A stretch of DNA of 64,000 nucleotides from a virus: the IMG/VR virus record IMGVR_UViG_3300025913_000025, positions 32,001 through 96,000 of that record. One strand, written 5' to 3'. Each line of letters begins with the position of its first letter. The stretch's first letter is position 1. This document shows, one piece after another, positions 19,847-29,413 of the stretch. Position numbers and translations under genes: made by a program. The notes below the pieces were generated by a model. It worked only from the letters and a program-made list of their open reading frames with translations. It was not told where the DNA came from and did not search any database.

Positions 19847-20314
19847 ATGGCCAGACTTCTCGGATCCTGCTTTGTGGCTCCCACGTCGGTTGTGGGAGGC
19901 ACTCCGCAAACCCTCATTCAGATGGTCGCGCCGACGAACCAGCGCGGGGCCGTTTATCAGTTCGCGTGGTCGTTCGACGGCACGAACTCGGCCAATACCC
20001 CGGGTACCCAGATCATCTTGCGCCAGACGACGGCCGGCACGGCGACCAACACGGCTGTTGCTCCCAAGAAGATCAACGATCCCAGTGGCGTCGGCGAGAC
20101 GCTTCAATTCACCTATCAGACGGCCTATACCGTCGAGCCGACCGCGAGCGACGTGATGATGGAATTCACGCAACCGGTCTTCGGCGGCCTTCTGAGCCAG
20201 GCGTTCGCGCCCTGGAGCTCGGAAATCATGATCCCGGGCGGCACGCGGCTCGGCTTCAAGTCGTCGTGCGCGCAGACGGTCAACGCGGGTCTGACGGTCT
20301 GGTACGAAGAGTGA
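19847..20314 (+). CDS. putative virion structural protein
   Basis: Thr-rich beta protein; ATG after GAGG; highly biased codons. Confidence 0.6.
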   Translation: MARLLGSCFVAPTSVVGGTPQTLIQMVAPTNQRGAVYQFAWSFDGTNSANTPGTQIILRQTTAGTATNTAVAPKKINDPSGVGETLQFTYQTAYTVEPTASDVMMEFTQPVFGGLLSQAFAPWSSEIMIPGGTRLGFKSSCAQTVNAGLTVWYEE

Positions 20315-20390
20315 TCGATCCGGCCATTGGGCTTCCAGGTGGGCGCGCTGGGTTCCGGTGCGCCTGCCTTGCACTCAGGGAGAGAACGCC

Positions 20391-20573
20391 ATGGCGGACG
20401 AAAACGAAAAGGTCGAGGCGCCCGAGCCGAAGCACGAAGATACGCCGCTCGGGTTCAAGCGCGAAGAGATCCGATGCGGGAACTGTGGCCAGCCGGCCAC
20501 GCTCTTGACGCCGCTCAATCCCAAGGATGGGCAGGTCGAGCGCGTGCTCCCGCATTACGGTTGCCGCGATTAG
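20391..20573 (+). CDS. small Zn-finger-like protein
   Basis: CGNC...HYGC; SD GGGAGAG. Confidence 0.5.
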   Translation: MADENEKVEAPEPKHEDTPLGFKREEIRCGNCGQPATLLTPLNPKDGQVERVLPHYGCRD

Positions 20574-21037
20574 GCATTAGCCGCGACGTGTGGCTTGCGG
20601 AAATAGTCCTCGAGCGCGATCACGGCACGGCGGATCAGGTCCCGTTGCTCGGCGCTGATGTCGAGCACAAGCCCTGCATAGTGATCGACGTTGTAGCGGT
20701 CGTCGAGGCTGACGCCGAGCCGACGAATCCGGGTCTGGCAATCGTTGATGAGATGAAAGTAGATTGTGCGGATGATTCGCGCGTGCATGTGCAAGGATTT
20801 GGGAAGGAAGAACTTGGCATCGTAGATGAAGGGTCCGTTCAGGTTCACGCGGATCTTGTCCTCGTGGGGAACCATGTAGACGAACATGACGCCCCCGGGA
20901 TGAAACTGGCGATCGAGAGCAAAGAGCTTCTCCAAGAATCCTTCGCCAGCCGGTTGATTCGCTAGATCAAGTGCGGCACTGGCGATCCCCATGAAGAGGT
21001 GGCGTGACGGCTCGTGATACCTGATTGACGTTCCCAT
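20570..21037 (-). CDS. hypothetical moron on opposite strand
   Basis: ATG 21037 after GGAGGGG; 155 aa. Confidence 0.6.
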   Translation of the reverse strand: MGTSIRYHEPSRHLFMGIASAALDLANQPAGEGFLEKLFALDRQFHPGGVMFVYMVPHEDKIRVNLNGPFIYDAKFFLPKSLHMHARIIRTIYFHLINDCQTRIRRLGVSLDDRYNVDHYAGLVLDISAEQRDLIRRAVIALEDYFRKPHVAANA

Positions 21038-21088
21038 CCGCGTTCCCCCTCCTGAAAGAAAGATCGACATCATCGCGATCAACCACCC

Positions 21089-22798
21089 GTGAACATTACA
21101 GTTCGGCGCGGAAAACGGCAACGCTCGTCGATACAATCGACGCCATTCACGGTTGAAGTGTCCGTGGAGGTTCCGGGCCGGACCATCATCACCGGGGTCC
21201 CTCCGGCGCCGGTGCGAAGGCACGGCTCGACCAGGTCGTTGCGGAACAAGATCGGGCCCCTCGTCACCCCGACGACTCCGCCGAGAATCATTCTCAATCC
21301 AGCTCGCAAGCAAAAGCCGGCCGCGCCGATCGCGCGGATCGTCAGAACTCCGTGGCCAAACGTCACGCCGATTCCCGCCAGCGCCAAGCCAATCCCGCTA
21401 TTCGTTCGGGCGATCGCGCGACCGCTTCGCCCGGGACGGACGGCGACCACGCTGATCACGCGGCGGGATCACGGCAACGGATGGCCGAGTCCGCAACCGA
21501 TCATCGCCAGGCGTCACACGGCTCGACGGCGTGTCGGCAAAGCAACGGTCGTCTCGAGTCCGGGGACGCCCTATCCGTTCACGCGCGCGGTTATCGGGAG
21601 GCTAGCCAAGCACAAGCCGTTCAGGCGAACGATCCAGGTCCTCAAATCGACGTTCTTCCCGACAACCCAGCTCCCGAAGATCACGATCGGCAGCCGGCCA
21701 GCGCGACCGCGGAAGCATGGCAGGATCGCAAACGTCGTCAATCCCCGCGTCTTCTACGCCGCGATTAGCCGGCCGACAGTCATTGTCGGTACCCGGGCGA
21801 TCGGCAAACGCCGCGTCGGTGCGGCGAGCTTCCATCGCTCGCGCGGAGTGCCGACGTTCCGGCCGAACCTATCTGTGTTCAAGGCGCAGCCCCACGGCAA
21901 GCCAGCCAAGCCTCCGGTTGTGCTCAAGACCAAGCGACATAGCGAGTATCCCGTGAAGCCCAAGAGCTTCTCGGTTGCACCTCGACCAGCCAGGAAGCCG
22001 ATCGGCTCGAGCCTGCTCCAGTCCGCGAAGGGCGGCCAGGTTGGACCTTTGACCAGGCCGACGCCAATCGTGCGAGCGCGACCGGCGCCGCTCCCGCTCC
22101 GCGGCCGAGCACGGATCCTCAAGGGTGGCCAGAATATCGCGGCCCAGACTCCAATCCCGTCCAGGCTCAGCTTTCATCGAGCGAAGCCGAAGCTCCGGCG
22201 CGGTAGCGCGCTCTCGACGTTCACCCGCGGTCCTTCTCCGCTCGGGATGAACCCGCGACCGCGCCACGTGATCGGAGTTCGTCCGGCTGAGAAGCGCAAG
22301 GTCGGCAAGGCCACAGTTCCCGTCTCGACACCCCTCGGAGCGGCGGGAATGGCGATCAGTCTTCCCAACGCGATGGCGGTCTGGTTACTCCAGCAACCGG
22401 CGTTCGTGAACGCGTTCGCCTGGGATGCGCTGACACACGACTGCGTTTCAGCGGATTGGGACGATCCGGGAGACGCGTATCCCTACTTCGTCTACCGCGA
22501 ACCGCTCGGCCATCGAGATTACATTTCGGACGGAAGCTTCGAAGAAGACGGACAGATTGAAATCGCTGTCTTGCATCCGGAGAAGGAGACGGCGCGGGTG
22601 CTGGGTACGATCGTGGGAAGCATTTTGAAGGACGCTCCGTTAGAATTTCTGGGGGGATCCGTCTTCTACTTTCGTTGGGTCAACCCCGGATTCCCTCCAG
22701 TCGCAGAGCCAGGAACCCAGCAAAACACGTGGGTTTGGCGACGGGTTCTCATCTTTGAGTACAAGATTGACGGGTATGATTTGCCCGTTCTCACATAA
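21089..22798 (+). CDS. Arg/Lys/Pro-rich repeat region fused to tail terminator/completion-like domain
   Basis: C-terminal ~150 aa (AYPYFVY, GQIEIAV, RRVLIFEYKI) directly before tail tube gene. Confidence 0.65.
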   Translation: MNITVRRGKRQRSSIQSTPFTVEVSVEVPGRTIITGVPPAPVRRHGSTRSLRNKIGPLVTPTTPPRIILNPARKQKPAAPIARIVRTPWPNVTPIPASAKPIPLFVRAIARPLRPGRTATTLITRRDHGNGWPSPQPIIARRHTARRRVGKATVVSSPGTPYPFTRAVIGRLAKHKPFRRTIQVLKSTFFPTTQLPKITIGSRPARPRKHGRIANVVNPRVFYAAISRPTVIVGTRAIGKRRVGAASFHRSRGVPTFRPNLSVFKAQPHGKPAKPPVVLKTKRHSEYPVKPKSFSVAPRPARKPIGSSLLQSAKGGQVGPLTRPTPIVRARPAPLPLRGRARILKGGQNIAAQTPIPSRLSFHRAKPKLRRGSALSTFTRGPSPLGMNPRPRHVIGVRPAEKRKVGKATVPVSTPLGAAGMAISLPNAMAVWLLQQPAFVNAFAWDALTHDCVSADWDDPGDAYPYFVYREPLGHRDYISDGSFEEDGQIEIAVLHPEKETARVLGTIVGSILKDAPLEFLGGSVFYFRWVNPGFPPVAEPGTQQNTWVWRRVLIFEYKIDGYDLPVLT

Positions 22799-22809
22799 AG
22801 GGGCGGTCG

Positions 22810-23217
22810 ATGGCTAACAAGCTTACCGGCAAGGCGTCTTACGTCTTGCTCAACAACACCCAGATCCCGATCACGAAATACTCGCCGAAGGTGACGCGGA
22901 CCCTCGCCGACTCCACCGACTCGACGGATTATGACGCCACCATCGACATGATCAATATGTCCCAGCTCCCGGTCACGTTGAGCCAGGAGCTCTCCGTCGA
23001 AGGGAAATGGAACCTCGCGAACACGAATCAGGCGCTCTTGACGATGTGCTACAGCGGCATCACTGCCGTCCCCGTCGTCCTCGGATTGAACGCTGGTGCG
23101 CTGTTCGGCAGCGGTCTCTTCGATATGTCGGACTTCAGCGCCGACTCGCCGATCAACGATACGATCACGTTTACATGTACGTTGCGCAGCAACGGGAAAT
23201 TCACTCCGGGAAGCTAA
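22810..23217 (+). CDS. tail tube protein
   Basis: KLTGKASYV..DSTDS..TFTCTLRSNGKFT; upstream of chaperones and tape measure. Confidence 0.8.
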   Translation: MANKLTGKASYVLLNNTQIPITKYSPKVTRTLADSTDSTDYDATIDMINMSQLPVTLSQELSVEGKWNLANTNQALLTMCYSGITAVPVVLGLNAGALFGSGLFDMSDFSADSPINDTITFTCTLRSNGKFTPGS

Positions 23218-24134
23218 TCCTGTTGGCGCGAGTTTACTCGAAGGAACTCGCGCCGCCCTTCTTGATCCAACTCATGAAGGTACTTTCGTTGTTCCGAAGG
23301 ATAGCCCCATTTGAGGTTGTTAGCGCGGTTGTTGAGCGGACTCGGATCAGGGCAATGTCTCGCTTCCATGCCCTCGGGGCACGGGCCGACAAAAGCCGTC
23401 AAAATGACGTGAGACAACTGAAGCCGACGTTTATATCCATCATCGCGGCGAAGTCTCACCGCAACGTGACCGTTGGTCATCACGGTCAGTTTCACAGGTT
23501 TGTGCGTTCCACCAAGAACGATACCCGGTTTACGACCGCGCCCTGAACCTTTTTCGCCATAGATCGGATTCCAGTAGGAACGGACTCGGCCGTGTGATGA
23601 TGCTTCGAATCCTGGCCATTCGGGAATCTCAACCCAGCGTTCCTCACTGGCATCGACGTTCTGGAGGAACTGAGTTGCGATAATCGAACGGCCGCCGAGA
23701 ACGGCCGCCGACTTCTTTCTTAACGGAGTAACGATCGCTTCTTCAGGAGTCCAGCCGAGTTCGATTCTCTGACGCAAGCTAAGCGCTTTCACCACGCATC
23801 GAGGATCTCTCGACCATGCCTGAAGATGTTTGGTCTCACCGAAGGCCGTAACCAGTCTTAGCTGAGTGTAGTTCGCATACTGTTGAACGCGAGGAATCCA
23901 GGTGCAGTTATCTGGCGAGTATCCCTTCGAGTTGTCTTTTCGCTCGATCGTCAGATCGTCGGCGTACCCGTTTGCTCTGGCCCAATCCAAAAAAGCTTGG
24001 CGGCTATTCCGCCATTCATCACAGATCGTGAGTCCCTTAGATCCGTACCACCGAAACGATTTGCAGTTTCGATTGCCGCAACGCTGTTTCATTCCATAGT
24101 AAATTCCTATGAGTCGATCGCGAGCGATGGTCAT
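23214..24134 (-). CDS. double-HNH homing endonuclease
   Basis: YGMKQRC..YGSKGLTICDEW..TIERKDNSKGYSPDNCTW plus NUMOD4-HNH (ERWVEIP..ARHCPD..NNLKWG). Confidence 0.85.
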   Translation of the reverse strand: MTIARDRLIGIYYGMKQRCGNRNCKSFRWYGSKGLTICDEWRNSRQAFLDWARANGYADDLTIERKDNSKGYSPDNCTWIPRVQQYANYTQLRLVTAFGETKHLQAWSRDPRCVVKALSLRQRIELGWTPEEAIVTPLRKKSAAVLGGRSIIATQFLQNVDASEERWVEIPEWPGFEASSHGRVRSYWNPIYGEKGSGRGRKPGIVLGGTHKPVKLTVMTNGHVAVRLRRDDGYKRRLQLSHVILTAFVGPCPEGMEARHCPDPSPLNNRANNLKWGYPSEQRKYLHELDQEGRREFLRVNSRQQD

Positions 24135-24238
24135 TCGCGTCCCCTTTTGCTTTGAATCAGGATGAGTTTCGAGTATCGTGATACGAACGCCTGGGATCTT
24201 AGCACACTGACTACTCTGTTTGCTACCTTTATTCGGGG

Positions 24239-24802
24239 TTGCCCGTGAACAACGATCTTCCGACGATGAACAGCCAGCCCAAGCCGATCGTGTGCGGGGG
24301 TAAGACCTACATGGCCTACCCGCTCACGTTCGAGGACATGGGCGAGGTTCAGAACTGGCTCGATGAACAGCAAGAGATTCGCGTTCAGAGCATGCTCGAG
24401 CGCGCGGTCGAGCGTGGCGTCCTCCCTACTGAGATTCTCAAGTACATGGCGCGGAGCGCGATGGACGTTGCCGCGCGGAACCGGTTGATGCTCGGGAGCC
24501 AGGAAGCTTCCGAGGCGCTCGCGAGCCTGGATGGCTCGGTGTTCGTGATGTGGTATTCGATCCACAAGGGCGATCCCACGTTTACGATCGAGGACGCGAA
24601 GGCGATCATCAAGGACAAGCTCGGCCACGAGTTCGCTCAGAAGGTTCAGGAAGTCGCCGATATCGTAGGACCCCAAGACCCAAAATCGACAGCGCCGGAG
24701 AGTGGATCACCGACGCCCGGCGCTGCACCGATATCCCCGTCGACTGGTGGCGACTCTATTCCAAGCTCATCCGCGAGGGCGAGAAGACCCGCCAGCAGAT
24801 AA
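24239..24802 (+). CDS. tail assembly chaperone (gpG-like)
   Basis: Between tube and tape measure; slippery C CCA AAA at 24679-24685. Confidence 0.75.
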   Translation: MPVNNDLPTMNSQPKPIVCGGKTYMAYPLTFEDMGEVQNWLDEQQEIRVQSMLERAVERGVLPTEILKYMARSAMDVAARNRLMLGSQEASEALASLDGSVFVMWYSIHKGDPTFTIEDAKAIIKDKLGHEFAQKVQEVADIVGPQDPKSTAPESGSPTPGAAPISPSTGGDSIPSSSARARRPASR

Positions 24803-24945
24803 GCCAGATGACCATGCAGGATCTGCGGCTCTTGACGCACGAGACGCCACCGACGGGCATGGGCGGGAAGATTGAGTCTGCGGCTGAACTGTTCGCGGCC
24901 TGGGAAAAGAGCAAGGCGGAGGCGAATTCGTGGCATTCGATCTAG
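24679..24945 (+). CDS. gpT-like extension reached by -1 programmed frameshift
   Basis: -1 frame after CCCAAAA reads ..WWRLYSKLIREG..QISQMTMQDL, typical of gpGT. Confidence 0.75.
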   Translation, partial: PKIDSAGEWITDARRCTDIPVDWWRLYSKLIREGEKTRQQISQMTMQDLRLLTHETPPTGMGGKIESAAELFAAWEKSKAEANSWHSI

Positions 24946-26564
24946 GCTCGGGAGTGATCCGCATCGCGGCGGATATGAAGCCGCTCCTGGCCACGCTCGG
25001 CGCGGCCCGCTACCAGCTCGCGCGGTTCGTCGCTGGCACGCGGACGCTTGCTGAACTCTCGGGGTTCGTTGGCGCCTTCGGGACCGTGGGCGCTGTCTAT
25101 GCGCTCACCAAAGGGTTCATTGACGCCAATCAGGCGGCGGCCCATCTCGAAGAGACAATGAACCGGATCGAGGTTGTATTCGGAAGTTCGGCGCGAGTGA
25201 TCCTCGAATTCGCGGATCAAATGGCGGCGAAGTTCGGTTATCTCAAAAAACCGATCCTTGAAGCGGCATCCGCATTCGGTGAGTTCGGCCTAGCGGCCGG
25301 AATGACCAAGAAGGAGGCCGCGCAGTTCTCTCAGGCCATGGCGCGAGCCGCCATCGATGCTCAGAGCTTTTTCGACGTGCCGATTGCGACGGCGACTCAG
25401 AAGATTCTTGCGGGTCTGGCCGGCATGCCGCGCCCGCTCCGCGAATGGGGATCGTTGCTCAACGCGACCCAGGTCAAGCAAGAAGCCCTTCGGCTCGGCC
25501 TTGCGAAGACGACAGGTACGATCAGCGAACAGGACAAGGTTCTCGCGCGGTCGATCCTGATCCTCAAGGATCTCCAGATCGTCGAGGGAGACGCGGCCCG
25601 GACTATCAACAGTACGCAGCGACTCACCGATTCAGCGATCGGGCGGATTGGGAACGCGTTCACGAATCTTGGAATGGCGCTCAAACCGCTCTGGCACGGG
25701 ATCATGAAGGGACTTGATAACAGCGCACAGGGATTCCAGGCGTTCATCAACCGGAACATGAGTGCCATCACGTCCTGGTCCGAATGGGTCGTGAGTACCG
25801 TCTCGAAATTCGTGAGGTTCTTCCAGCCGGTTTGGAATGCACTCTCGGACGGCTGGAACCGATTCTGGGCAGCGCTAGTTGCTGAGACAAACAAGACGAT
25901 GGGCGCGATATCTCGAGCATTCGGTAAGGAAGGCGAGACTAGCGCGGACATGGTTCACTCCTTAGCCGATGGAGTTACCTATCTCGCCGATGCGGTTATC
26001 GGCCTGATCGGAGTCTGGGGCCAGTTCCGGGAAATGTTCGCCGATACGCTCGTCGTCGGTTTGGACCTTCTTTACGGAATCGCGATTGCCGTCGAAGGAA
26101 TTGCCTACGCATTCAAGGGGATAGCCCAATTTATCTCTGATACGATCGAGTTGATCGCGGTCCTCAACAATTCGATCATGGACGTCGTCGAGGCAGTAGG
26201 CGAAAAGCTCGTCGGAGTCGCTCCCAACCTCGATCAATTCCGGATGCAAGAGCGCGACGCAGGGAAGGGCAACAAGAAGGCGAAGCGCCGAGGTATCGGC
26301 GAGATTGCAGCCGATGTGAAGGCGGCTGACTTTGCAAAGGACAACGACGCGCGCCGCGAACTCAATGAGCCGGAGGAAGGCAAGAAGAAGGGTTCGGTCT
26401 TCTCCTCCTTCGAGGAGTTCTACAAGAAGCTCCAGGCGGGATCAGGTGAAAAAATCGCCAAGGAGCAACTCGGTGAACTCAAGGGAGCAAACGAGAACCT
26501 CATGGCGATCGTCAATGCCATGAAGAATGCCAAGAACCCGATCGCCGTTGCAGGGGGACGTTGA
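24930..26564 (+). CDS. tape measure protein (short, 544 aa)
   Basis: Helical Ala-rich protein; IEVVFGSSA, AGLAGMPRPLREWG, GDAART; W-periodic segment. Confidence 0.88.
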   Translation: MAFDLGSGVIRIAADMKPLLATLGAARYQLARFVAGTRTLAELSGFVGAFGTVGAVYALTKGFIDANQAAAHLEETMNRIEVVFGSSARVILEFADQMAAKFGYLKKPILEAASAFGEFGLAAGMTKKEAAQFSQAMARAAIDAQSFFDVPIATATQKILAGLAGMPRPLREWGSLLNATQVKQEALRLGLAKTTGTISEQDKVLARSILILKDLQIVEGDAARTINSTQRLTDSAIGRIGNAFTNLGMALKPLWHGIMKGLDNSAQGFQAFINRNMSAITSWSEWVVSTVSKFVRFFQPVWNALSDGWNRFWAALVAETNKTMGAISRAFGKEGETSADMVHSLADGVTYLADAVIGLIGVWGQFREMFADTLVVGLDLLYGIAIAVEGIAYAFKGIAQFISDTIELIAVLNNSIMDVVEAVGEKLVGVAPNLDQFRMQERDAGKGNKKAKRRGIGEIAADVKAADFAKDNDARRELNEPEEGKKKGSVFSSFEEFYKKLQAGSGEKIAKEQLGELKGANENLMAIVNAMKNAKNPIAVAGGR

Positions 26565-27556
26565 TGCCGCTCCGACTGAACTCCACGACCAGCAAGCCAG
26601 CCGGTCCCACGAGCAGCGAGAATGAGGACTTCAGCCTCGACATCAATGGCGTCACATGCGCAATGGATCTTCGCGGTGGTGGCGACAGCGTCATCACGGA
26701 ACAGGTCACTCCGGACGGCCCGCAGGCGCAAGTTATCCTGAAATGCTTTTGGGAGGATCGGTGGAAGCTCATCAAGGCCCTGATGGGATCCAACACACTC
26801 GACAACTCGAACACGATCCAGCGCAAGATTCCATTCGCCTATCCCTCGCGCGAAGGTCTATTCTGCACGGCGATTCCCGAGATCCGCGGGTTGAAGCCTT
26901 ACCGTGACGACATGGGCGATGTCACGGGGATGCCCGGATGGATGGCCTACGAGTTCGCCTATCTCACGGCGATTTTCTCGAAGCCGAGTTACCAGGTCGT
27001 CGAGGATGACAGCCCGCAGGACAACGATCTTTCAGGGAAGACGTTCATCACGACCCGCATTCAGGAATCCGGAGAGACTCTGAGTCCCCAGGGAGGGACT
27101 TACTTCTTCACCGAGGGATCCCAGTCCGGCCAGCCGGTCAAAGACACGAACATCGGCCTGATCTACACCCGGTTCGAAATCACAATGACCCGGCACTTCA
27201 TGCCCGTCGTGCCGATTTGGGACACCCTTGCCTGTCTCGGACGCACGAATCTGAATGGCTTCGATCTCACGATCGGGACATTCTTGCCGGGAACGGTGTT
27301 GTTCGCGGGACTGCACATCGAACCGCGCGCGGAGCCTTCGACCGGCATTGTGCTCTGGGACGTCGATTACAAGTTCCTCGCGAATGCCGCGAACACCTGG
27401 AACACGATCCTTGACCGCGACGGGAAGTTCTCGAAGATCAACACCGACGTCTCGGGAAATGGAGCGGTCCCGTTCCCGCAGGTCGATTTCACCCGGCTCT
27501 TGAGCGATACGATCGCGACCGGACCAGATCCCGCTCCGGGACCGGAGCCAGCCTGA
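26561..27556 (+). CDS. tail tip/baseplate protein
   Basis: Follows tape measure; FLPGTVLFAG..WDVDYKF. Confidence 0.65.
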   Translation: MMPLRLNSTTSKPAGPTSSENEDFSLDINGVTCAMDLRGGGDSVITEQVTPDGPQAQVILKCFWEDRWKLIKALMGSNTLDNSNTIQRKIPFAYPSREGLFCTAIPEIRGLKPYRDDMGDVTGMPGWMAYEFAYLTAIFSKPSYQVVEDDSPQDNDLSGKTFITTRIQESGETLSPQGGTYFFTEGSQSGQPVKDTNIGLIYTRFEITMTRHFMPVVPIWDTLACLGRTNLNGFDLTIGTFLPGTVLFAGLHIEPRAEPSTGIVLWDVDYKFLANAANTWNTILDRDGKFSKINTDVSGNGAVPFPQVDFTRLLSDTIATGPDPAPGPEPA

Positions 27557-27557
27557 A

Positions 27558-28001
27558 ATGCTGGGACGCAACTTCTCACCGATCCGTCCAGGTCAGCAAA
27601 GCGGTTCGCCGTCATTCAACCGCGCGCTCACGGCCGGCATGCTCAACGCTCCCCGCGCGGAGCTCGAGCGTCTTGGCCGGCTCCGCGGTGGATCGGGCGT
27701 TTCGATCCTCGACACGCCAGGCGGTCCGCAGGTCAACATCGTCACTCCCGGCCAGCTCTACATTCAGCTCACCGGACCGGCGGCGGGCGACGGCGGGTAC
27801 CCGTGGGCGGAGTTCGTCCGGGTCTACCAGCAAGGCTATGTCGCGACCGGGCGCACCGGGGGTAACGATCCCGGAGCGGACGGCTATGATCCGGCCTACG
27901 AATCTCAGACCGGGGACACGACGTTGACGGCGGACGGGACCACCTATCTGGCGAACTACTCCGTAACCTCGGGAAATTGGTTGTTCGACGGCAAGAACTG
28001 A
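27558..28001 (+). CDS. tail tip protein
   Basis: Position; paralogous to N-terminus of next ORF. Confidence 0.6.
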   Translation: MLGRNFSPIRPGQQSGSPSFNRALTAGMLNAPRAELERLGRLRGGSGVSILDTPGGPQVNIVTPGQLYIQLTGPAAGDGGYPWAEFVRVYQQGYVATGRTGGNDPGADGYDPAYESQTGDTTLTADGTTYLANYSVTSGNWLFDGKN

Positions 28002-28018
28002 AGCGACGGGAGCTCGCC

Positions 28019-29218
28019 TTGTTCCGTTCCCTGATCCCGCGCCAGCGACCCGGCTATCCGATCAGTTCTGGCGATCTCAACCGGACCGCGCGCCAGGTCG
28101 AGTGGCTCTCACGGCTGCGCGGGACCGGGAACATTCGGACGATGGACACCCCGCAAGGGCCGTTACTCCAGCAGGTCCTTCCGGCGACCATTTACGCCGT
28201 GCTTACCGGTCCGGCCAACGGGATTGGCGGATATCCTTGGAAGGAAGAGGTACGGCTTCCGGATGGGACATGGATGGAAACGGGGGTCACAGGTACGAAC
28301 GTGGCCGGCGCGGACTTCTTCGATCCGACCTACGAGCGACGGACCGGAAGCCTCACCGTTCCCCAGGATGGGCGGCGTTACCTGATGGGGCGCACGCCGT
28401 CGAGTGGGGAATGGATGTTTGCCTACCGGGTGGTGTGCAAGAGTCAAGACACGCTTTGTTTCATCGCTCCCGGATGCGGTCTCGATTCTCAAGCGTCACG
28501 GAACATCGTTACAGTTATCGACGCCGATGGAAATGTAGTTGGTGAGGGAGGTGCGTCGTTTGGAGTATTCGGAGGGCAAGGTGGCTGGCATACCTGCATC
28601 GACGGCATTCCGCCCGGAACCTACACTGCGACCATTACCTCGAATCAAGGCCCAATTGCAAGCCAAGGATTCGAGTACAAGGCACCGTGTAGCCCACTCA
28701 CAGTCACGATCCCTGGCTATGGTTGCATGTTTGTTCCGTCGTTCCTTACATACACTGGATTCATTGGCGGTGTTCCTGGATTCCTTCCGCCGACCAACGG
28801 AACAACTTTCAGTTACCAGGACACGCCGGCCGACCTTCAAGGATTCGGGATATTCAACGACCTAATCAGTCCGTTCTGCGCGAAATTCCCTGATAAGGTT
28901 TGGTGTAGCCCGGTTTATCCGCCACTCGATCCTACGACATCGCCATGGAGATTCGCGGTCGGTTTTACCGGATGCTTGGCGACTGCGTACCAAGTGTTTA
29001 CGCGGCGTGTGAACGGGATATTCTGGGTACTCAATACGCCGCAACCACTTGGCGCGTTAGGCGGCGGCGGAAATTCCGTGAATACATGCTTCCCGTTTAG
29101 TATCACGGTTCCAATTTCTGTTCAGCCGTTTGCGTTTTCGTTGACCGGAACTCAAAACAACGACTCGATTCCGTTCGATGGAACGCTGGGCGGAGTCGAA
29201 ATAGTGGACTGCCCATGA
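28019..29218 (+). CDS. putative receptor-binding tail protein with Cys-rich variable C-terminus
   Basis: TTG after GGGAG; N-term paralogue of previous ORF; lower-GC C-terminal part. Confidence 0.6.
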   Translation: MFRSLIPRQRPGYPISSGDLNRTARQVEWLSRLRGTGNIRTMDTPQGPLLQQVLPATIYAVLTGPANGIGGYPWKEEVRLPDGTWMETGVTGTNVAGADFFDPTYERRTGSLTVPQDGRRYLMGRTPSSGEWMFAYRVVCKSQDTLCFIAPGCGLDSQASRNIVTVIDADGNVVGEGGASFGVFGGQGGWHTCIDGIPPGTYTATITSNQGPIASQGFEYKAPCSPLTVTIPGYGCMFVPSFLTYTGFIGGVPGFLPPTNGTTFSYQDTPADLQGFGIFNDLISPFCAKFPDKVWCSPVYPPLDPTTSPWRFAVGFTGCLATAYQVFTRRVNGIFWVLNTPQPLGALGGGGNSVNTCFPFSITVPISVQPFAFSLTGTQNNDSIPFDGTLGGVEIVDCP

Positions 29219-29409
29219 CTCCTCGATGCTCGCATTGCCCGATCGCTACGAATGCGTTCTGCCCTGGAATGACGGATAAGGCGGTTTGCGGACATTTTGC
29301 ATCGTTGCCAATACGAGCACCACTAACGATGGCAGAGGCCATCGCGATTTGGTGGAAGCAGTCCGAGGCAATATGGCGTGGAGAGCAACCGCGAGGATGT
29401 TGCGGTTGA
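29215..29409 (+). CDS. small Cys-rich protein
   Basis: ATGA coupling; CSHC..C..C..GCCG. Confidence 0.5.
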   Translation: MTPRCSHCPIATNAFCPGMTDKAVCGHFASLPIRAPLTMAEAIAIWWKQSEAIWRGEQPRGCCG

Positions 29410-29413
29410 TCCG

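Noticed and set aside
28440-29218. Diversity-generating retroelement target
   Set aside because: No reverse transcriptase or template repeat seen in the window.
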